Shown here: positions 53,598 through 64,000 of the stretch, piece by piece
Numbering within the stretch: position 1 is the first letter of the stretch
How the letters are laid out: each line of letters opens with the position of its first letter
Source of the DNA: the human T2T-CHM13v2.0 reference genome, Homo sapiens
Strand: one strand, 5' to 3'
Length of the DNA stretch: 64,000 bases
Assembly (NCBI RefSeq): GCF_009914755.1
Contig: NC_060935.1
Made by a program: the position numbers and the translations under genes
Notes under the pieces: generated by a model
Database searches by the model: none
The model's input: the letters and a program-made list of their open reading frames with translations, nothing else
What the model was told of the DNA's origin: nothing

Positions 53598-54077
53598 TGT
53601 AGGGGACAGGGGAAAACTTCCCCTTCATCCTCTGAAAGTTCACTGAAAATCAGCTGACAAAGGCAGACAATTAGGAGAAAAGGAATACAAATTTATTTGA
53701 TCATAGTTTTACATGACATGGGAGCCCTCAGAATGAAGACCCAAAGATACAAGGAAAATGTTCATTTTTATGCTTAGGTTCAACAAGGTGTGGACAGCCA
53801 TGTAGAAATAGGATTGGACAAAAAAGGTATGATAGCTTGCTTTGGCAGCACATACTAAAATTGGAACAATGCAACAATGTAGAGGAGATTAGCATGGCCC
53901 CTTTACCAGGATGGCACGCAATTTAGTGAAGCGCTACATAAAAATAAAAATTTTAAATTTAAAAAAATGGTATCATCTAATGCTAATGGACAATAGTGAA
54001 ACCCAGCAAGTCCTGTCTGTTTAGATCTTATTTGGCCTCTCTGTGCAGCAATTCCTTGCTCCTGGGTATGAGGCAGT

Positions 54078-54128
<51 letters not shown>

Positions 54129-54455
54129 GTCTCTCTGGAATGGGGTTCTTATGACCTACAGTCAAACAAAGTAGACCTGAGAATTTATTTATGACCCACT
54201 CTTACACAGAAAGGTGGAGTCACAGGGAAGTTAGAAAAATATGTTTAGGTTTTATAGCTGGCTTTGGAGAAAAGGGGTTCTGGTTTCCATGACCCGCCTT
54301 AGGGAAGAGATATTGTAGTTTCTACAGCTAACCTTGGGGAAGAATGAAGTACCAGCCACCTGACACAGGAAGGCAGGAGGAGGTCAGAGAAAAACTTTTA
54401 CTTCTGAGGCTACTTCTGAGGCCTTCATTATAGGGTATTGTTTTCTGAAACCTTA
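53598..54455 (-). mobile_element. ERV1 (MER4-group) solo LTR containing the U6 copy and (CT)n at 54083-54135
   Basis: tgtagggga...cagaatgaagacccaaagatac...gggtattgttttctga resembles MER21/34/39-type LTRs; subfamily uncertain. Confidence 0.55.
53833..53950 (+). pseudogene. Retroposed U6 snRNA pseudogene
   Basis: gcttgctttggcagcacatactaaaattggaac...gagattagcatggcccct...ggatggcacgcaatttagtgaagcgctacata aligns to full-length U6; A-rich tail follows; degenerate TSD aaaaaggtatgat / aaaaatggtatcat. Confidence 0.92.
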
Positions 54456-55239
54456 TGATAGCAATGATTTTCTTTTCTCTGTCTTTCCATGCTGTCATGT
54501 TTGCACCCTTTCTTTCCAGTCAAACTTCCCACTCATTAGCAACTTTCATATATTTAAATAGTCCTGTAAGGCCAGAATGTCCTTTCTCCCCGTTCCTATA
54601 TGTCCCAAATGTAAACACCACTTCCTCCATACAGCTTCACTGAGCCTCTTATTTGGAAATCATCCTCTTTTCACACTCAGCTCTTCATCTGTCCTTAAAT
54701 TGTCCCCATCACTCCCATGTAACTATTAGATTTCAATGCTTTTCCCACTGTATTTAGATTATATTCCTTTCTCTCAAATAACCTAGAACTCTTCCCATAC
54801 TCCATCAATATTTGCTAAATAATTGGATAGATTAAAAGTAGCAGAAGGGTGGAGCAGAAGCTAGGGGATGTTGTCTTTAAATTACCAAAGGCAGTTTGTG
54901 AACATGAGACCTATTTCTTTCAGACCAATAGTCCTGGCCTGGGGTCTGGGATATGGTTTACCTTCCACCCATGTGTGTGTAAACAATGTGCTGTTTACAT
55001 GGGGGTCCCTTTGAAGAGCTTAATAACTAAATTGGTTTTCTTCACATCTCTAGTAACCATACTGAGTTGGTGTTCCTAGTGACCATTTCCTCTCTCTTTA
55101 AGCTAATCAGGATTGATAACTACCATTTAGTTCAATACACTCCATTTACTGATGAGGCTTCACTGTTAGGGTTACCCAGCATAGCACTAATCACGACAGA
55201 TAACCAGCCCATATGCTGAGAAGAGTACACAAGTTAATT

Positions 55240-55900
55240 CTCCAACCCTCTTAACTTCCCTGTGAGGTGAGTATTATTATTATCCCCATCCTACAGATGA
55301 AAAAATAGAGGCTCAATGAGGTTATGCACTTGCCCAAATCACACAGTGGCAAAGCCAGGACTTGAACCCAGATGAGTCTTGATCCCAGAGCCCTTGCACT
55401 GAACAATTTCTCTGGTCTGCTAATAAGATGTCAGAGAAGAAGCCAAACCAAGCAAGTGCTCTTTTTACTGTCATACACTGTCACGACTCTCTGGGTCACT
55501 GGAAGGCAAATATCTCCTAATTCCTTCAAAACAGCAAATGTTCTGATGAAGTGGTTGAGGACACACGTGTGGGAAACATGCAGCTCCTCTAAAAGAATGT
55601 CCATAAATATATTGGAGATATATTTATTGAAGAAGCTGTGTGTGGGAATTATTAACCTGGAGTTGTCTTTAAGGTAGCACACATATAATTACACTTATTA
55701 CAGATTAGGCAACGCTCTAAGTACTGATGCTCTACATAGATTAACTTATTTAACCCTCACAAAAGTCTAATGAAGGAGATGCTATTGTCTCCAAATTACT
55801 GATATAGAGAATGAGGTCAAGGGATGAAGCAATTTGCTCATGTTAGCACAACCAGTAAGTACTCAGCTGGGATTTGAACAGGCTGCGTGGTGCCAGAGTC
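55240..55900. mobile_element. Two MIR remnants (~55240-55410 and ~55690-55900)
   Basis: MIR core tattatccccatcctacagatgaaaaaatagaggctc...gacttgaacccag. Confidence 0.7.
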
Positions 55901-56261
55901 TAGTAGGCATCTACCTCGAAGGTAGAATACTTCTTGGCAGCTTGTTTTCGGATTTACCCATTAAATAGATTTTGGACAAAATTGCCTAGAGAGGAAAGAA
56001 AACTTGAAGACAAAGCGAGCTAAGTGAGAAGAAATATCTTCATTTAAATTGGAGAACACACCCAAAGAACGGGAAAAAAGGGACTTTTGCCCTTCATTTG
56101 TTTCTAATTATGGAAAGAAAAAGGAGATAAACTAGGAAGAAAGAAAATAAGGCCCATTACAAAGATTTACCAAAAAAAAAAAGAAAGAAAGAAAGAAAGG
56201 AATTCAAAAGCAACACAGTTATAAGGTAAGTGTATGTGTAACAGTTTTTTAAAAAATTGCC

Positions 56262-56555
<294 letters not shown>

Positions 56556-57369
56556 ACTGCCAAAATATTTTCAAATTGATTGTACCATTTTACATTCCTA
56601 CTGGAGTTCCATTGGTCTACATCTTTGTCCACTCTTGATATATCAATCTTTTTCATTCTAGTGACTCTAATGTATACTATTTTTAAATTACAACGTGGTT
56701 TCAATTTATATTTTCTCAGTGATAAATGATGTTGAGCCTTTTCATGTGCTTATTTGCTCTCTCTGTGTCTTCTTGCTGAAGTGTCTGTTCAAATAATTTG
56801 TCCTTTTTTCTCTTCTTTTTTTTTAACTTCTTTTAGTGACTTCATTTTGTTAAAATAATTTGTCCTTGTTGCTTAATTGGTTGTTTGTTCTCATACTATT
56901 GAATGTTAAGAGTTACAGCCATTCCACTCCTAGCTACTTACCCAAGAGAACTGAAAACATATGTCCACACAAAGACCCAAATGTGAATGTTCATAGCAGC
57001 TTTATGAGTAATATTCAGAAGCCACAAATAACCCAAATGTTCACCTACAAGTGAGTGGATAAGCAAACTGTGGTATATTCATACAATAGAAAGGAACAAA
57101 ATAGCAGTACACACAAAACAACGGATGAATTTCATGGTTGAAAGAAGGCAGACAAGAAGAAAATACAAATAGTAGAATTTCACTTATAGAATATTATAGA
57201 AAATACAAACTAATGTATAATGACAGAAAGCAGATCAGTTGTTGCCTGAAGAAGGAAGGGTAAAGGGGACAGGCTACAAAGGGGCACAAGGACATTTTCT
57301 GGGTGATAGATATATTCACTCTCTTAACTATAGAGATGGTGTCACAGGTATATATGTCAAAACTTATCA

Positions 57370-57665
<296 letters not shown>

Positions 57666-58454
57666 TTATCGAAGTGTGAATTCAAATATGTGCAGTCTAT
57701 GGTATGTCAATGATAGCTCAACAAAAATTATTTTTTAAGAAAGAAATTGAAACAACAGAAGAGAAGCTCTGAGTAATATTTTTATTTCCATTGCTAAGGA
57801 GCTATTCACCACCCCGGGGTTTCAGTACCTAAAGTAGATTAAAGTAAAGAAAGAAACAAAGCAGTCCCCTTAAAGAAGAATAGAGCAATAGAAACAAATT
57901 TTATGGCTTAAACATTTTCTAATTTTTCATGGAAATAAGTTTGTGATTTAAGAAGAGAGGGGTGCTGCTTCCATACAATTCAATCCAGTGGGGGGCCTCT
58001 TTGCAGACAGGGGTTCTTAGAACCATTTAAATGGAGCATCCAGTCTGGGAAAAAACAACAAAATCCTCAGCCCTGTGAAACTCAAGGTGTTCTAGTCACA
58101 CAAAGTAAGCACTGCCTTATTCTCACAACAAACTAATCCCATTTTTATATTTCCCATGCCACAATAGTCTCTTTCTAAATAATTAATATCCCCCTCTGTT
58201 TATCTTGAATAATGTCCTAAGTATCTTGAATAACTGCAACATTATTTTTATACATTTTTTAAAATTGTAATTTATATAAGTGTATGCATGATTGTATAAT
58301 AAGATGTCATTTTACATGCATTGGCAATAAACTTGAAATTGTAATATCTCACAAGTTTTCAGACCTAATACTTGAATCTGTTAAGAGAGAGTAAACACTT
58401 TCTGAAATAACATTATTTTTTCCAAGATATTCAGGAAAGAGAAAACATGATTCA

Positions 58455-59390
58455 ATGGAGTTGGGAAATGTCACCAGAGTAAAAGAATTTATATTTCTGG
58501 GACTTACTCAATCCCAAGACCAGAGTTTGGTCTTGTTTCTTTTTTTATGTCTTGTGTACATGACGACTCTGCTGGGAAACCTCCTCATCATGGTCACCGT
58601 GACCTGTGAGTCTCGCCTTCACACCCCCATGTACTTCCTGCTCCGCAATCTAGCCATCCTTGACATCTGCTTCTCCTCCACAACTGCTCCTAAAGTCTTG
58701 CTGGACCTTCTGTCAAAGAAAAAGACCATATCCTATACAAGCTGCATGACACAGATATTTCTCTTCCACCTCCTTGGTGGGGCAGACATTTTTTCTCTCT
58801 CTGTGATGGCGTTTGACTGCTACATGGCCATCTCCAAGCCCCTGCACTATGTGACCATCATGAGTAGAGGGCAATGCACTGCCCTCATCTCTGCCTCTTG
58901 GATGGGGGGCTTTGTCCACTCCATCGTGCAGATCTCCCTGTTGCTGCCTCTCCCTTTCTGTGGACCCAATGTTCTTGACACTTTCTACTGCGATGTCCCC
59001 CAGGTCCTCAAACTCACTTGCACTGACACTTTTGCTCTTGAGTTCTTGATGATTTCCAACAATGGCCTGGTCACTACCCTGTGGTTTATCTTCCTGCTTG
59101 TGTCCTACACAGTCATCCTAATGACGCTGAGGTCTCAGGCAGGAGGGGGCAGGAGGAAAGCCATCTCCACTTGCACCTCCCACATCACTGTGGTGACCCT
59201 GCATTTTGTGCCCTGCATCTATGTCTATGCCCGGCCCTTCACTGCCCTCCCCACAGAAAAGGCCATCTCTGTCACCTTCACTGTCATCTCCCCTCTGCTG
59301 AACCCTTTGATCTACACTCTGAGGAACCAGGAAATGAAGTCAGCCATGAGAAGACTGAAGAGAAGACTCGTGCCTTCTGAAAGGGAATAG
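58455..59390 (+). CDS. OR4D11: Olfactory receptor 4D11 (311 aa; DRY motif reads DCY)
   Basis: Intact ORF with [45 protein letters not shown]; [12 protein letters not shown] start recognised as OR4D11. Confidence 0.93.
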   Translation: MELGNVTRVKEFIFLGLTQSQDQSLVLFLFLCLVYMTTLLGNLLIMVTVTCESRLHTPMYFLLRNLAILDICFSSTTAPKVLLDLLSKKKTISYTSCMTQIFLFHLLGGADIFSLSVMAFDCYMAISKPLHYVTIMSRGQCTALISASWMGGFVHSIVQISLLLPLPFCGPNVLDTFYCDVPQVLKLTCTDTFALEFLMISNNGLVTTLWFIFLLVSYTVILMTLRSQAGGGRRKAISTCTSHITVVTLHFVPCIYVYARPFTALPTEKAISVTFTVISPLLNPLIYTLRNQEMKSAMRRLKRRLVPSERE

Positions 59391-59402
59391 AAAACAAATC
59401 CA

Positions 59403-60012
<610 letters not shown>

Positions 60013-61409
60013 TCATCACCAAGGACACCTTATATTATTTTTCCCATGAATTCACATTTACATACTCAGATACATTGTCAGTAAACCAACTATACTGACT
60101 ATGAACAATTTGTCTTCCTATTTCAGTTAGTAGATAACTGATAACCTAAGCTTCTGTGCAGCATGAACTAACTAGTGTTATAGGAGTGAACTGACTGTTA
60201 CTTTTCCAAAGACCAAGTAACCTTATGTCAATCAAGACAGCTATATGGCAGGCAGATAAGATGATTAAGTCCAACATTTTTTTCAGAAGATAAGGAAATA
60301 AAAGCCCAGAGAGATAAAGTGATGTGTTCAAGGTCTTATATTAAGTTAATTACAGAGACATCTTCAGATGCTCAACCCATTGTTCTTCCACCACATGAAT
60401 GTAATTTATTACATTGTTGGACCTGTCTATACCAAACTATAATCCTGTTCCAGAAGGATCTCATGATCAATGCCTCTGGAGTACATATATGTGGGTATGC
60501 ATAGCCTATTGCAGATTGAGAAATTGGCCTCTGCTGAATTAAACTAAAGTGGGCTCATGAGCTACTGAGAACTTCATAGGAACATAATGGTTATCCTCCT
60601 GGATTCCTATCAAGATTGATGAGGCTTGGGAAGATTTCTCATCATGGCCTAAAGGTATATATCTTAATGCAGAACTAGACATGCCACACATTCTCATGAT
60701 GAGTTTGGATAAAGGCAAAACTTCAGAAACCACACACATGAAGCAATTTATCTCTACCATCAAAGGACCGATTTTCCAGTTGCAGCCTTACAAGGGTCAG
60801 TTTTGCCTTGGCCTCACCATTGAGAATTCACATTTCTTTTCACTGGAAAGAGAGAATGGGAGAGTTTAAGAAGAAAAAACTCTACCCGGTCTATTTTTTC
60901 AAACTTCTAGTGTTTGTGAAGAGGCAGTATAGGCTAGTGTTATTATCTGGGAGAGCAGTAAAGCATGGTGGATGAAAGCTCTAATTTCAGAGTCATACAG
61001 ACCCAGGTATGAATCCTATCTCTGCCATCCACCAGCTGTGCGATCTTGAGCAAGTTATTTCACCTCTCTCTCCAAAGGTCATAGTTCACCTACGCAAAGA
61101 TTCTCGTTATAATATCCATCTCATGAGGTTGTTGTAAAGGACAAAATGAGATGGTATACATGAAATATATGATACCTGGCAGAGAATAAATGTGCAACCA
61201 AAGATAAATGTCATTATTAATATCACCTTTATTGCTTTACCTAACACGCCTTCTGTTTCCCATTGGCCTGTAACACCCTTTTCCTATATGACCCATACTC
61301 CTTATTTTTAGATAAAAACTGGTTGAGTAGAAAACATGAAAATGTATATTGAGTTCAAAACATCCATCATGTTAAAATGTCTAGCTTTCTTTTTTTTTTA
61401 ACAAAAGAA

Positions 61410-61832
61410 AAGTTTAAAAAGGAAGAAATCATACAGATAACACAATTGTCCACATTGTCAAGAAAATATAGAAAAATACTCTTAGGACTAATAAATGACT
61501 TCTGCAAGGTCTTAGGATACAAGACCAATGTACAGAGATCAATCATATTTCTGTATACCGACAATAAACATGTGCAAACCAAAATTAAAAACAACACCAT
61601 TAATAGTCACTAAAAATGAAATACTTAGTTATAAACAACAAAAAAATGTATAGACTGTGTATGCTGGAAATTACAAAATGTTGATGAAAGAAATCAATCA
61701 AGACCTAAACAAGTGGAGAAGCATACTGTGTTCATGGACTGGATGATTCAACATAGTAAAGATCCCAATTCTCCCAAAATGTATAAGTTTAATGCAATTC
61801 TTACCGAAGTCCCAGGAAAGCTTTTTTGTAAA
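61410..61832 (+). mobile_element. Ancient L1M ORF2 fragment
   Basis: Decayed LLGLINDFCKVLGYKTNVQRSIIFLYT. Confidence 0.75.
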
Positions 61833-61907
61833 CTTTTTTTTTTTTACAATTTAATCTTTTATTTTTATTTACATTTTATGTAGAATGCTTATAACTAGAA
61901 AGAAAGG

Positions 61908-63199
<1,292 letters not shown>

Positions 63200-63202
63200 T
63201 TA

Positions 63203-63574
<372 letters not shown>

Positions 63575-64000
63575 TTAATATCAAAAGAAGATAATGGGTC
63601 AAAAATAAACCCTGGCTTATAGAGTAGCCAAGAGGACAGGCCCCATGGGATGGAACAGAGAGCCCAAGGAGAGTAAATTAGCCAAAGGATAATGAATGTT
63701 GAAGGATAGTGAATGTTGAAGACAAACTTTACTTAAGTCCCTCATTGGATCTGGCCTGGCCCTGTAAGCATTCATGAACTAACTGGCTCAAATGTTTGCC
63801 ACTTCCTGTCACCTGATCAACAAAACCTAACTTCTTACAATATTAACTTACTTCTGCAAGCAAACAGATTCTAATAAAAAGTCACACTTGCCAGATCACT
63901 ATTCATAGGGTCCTGCTACCTTTGCCCAAGTAGCTTTGGTCTCAAGAGTCCCTAGGCTTTTCTTTATGAAATTGCTTATGAAAAATACACACTACAAGCC

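Overview
Human/hominid genomic DNA matching the chromosome 11q12 olfactory-receptor OR4D cluster (recognised from the protein sequences; no database was run). It holds four tandem, + strand, single-coding-exon class II OR genes: OR4D6 (11797-12741), OR4D10 (32307-33242), the pseudogene OR4D8P (46531-47460; nonsense codon plus 1-bp and 5-bp deletions) and OR4D11 (58455-59390). The rest is mostly Alu, L1, LTR (MER31-like, THE1), hAT MITEs (MER30, MER1A), MIR/L2 remnants, microsatellites and a retroposed U6 copy. Nearly all other ORFs in the track are repeat-derived or antisense shadows. The most interesting structure is non-coding: a paralogous module, (TG-rich)-AACwTTTTAATwACTCCC-...-CCAAT-...-splice donor, combining a homeodomain site and an O/E-like site. 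It sits 4-8 kb upstream of every OR gene, and a FIFTH, orphan copy at ~14.9 kb has no OR coding sequence of its own. Other observations: an old tandem duplication (OR4D10 and OR4D8P units) with patchy identity and no shared Alus; an OR4D10 3' end that matches OR4D11; a conserved out-of-frame uATG at -8; loss of conserved GPCR residues (R122C in OR4D11, C189H in OR4D10/OR4D8P); and a probable L1 3' transduction. I see no evidence of a new protein-coding system. Repeat subfamily calls and boundaries were made by eye and are approximate.
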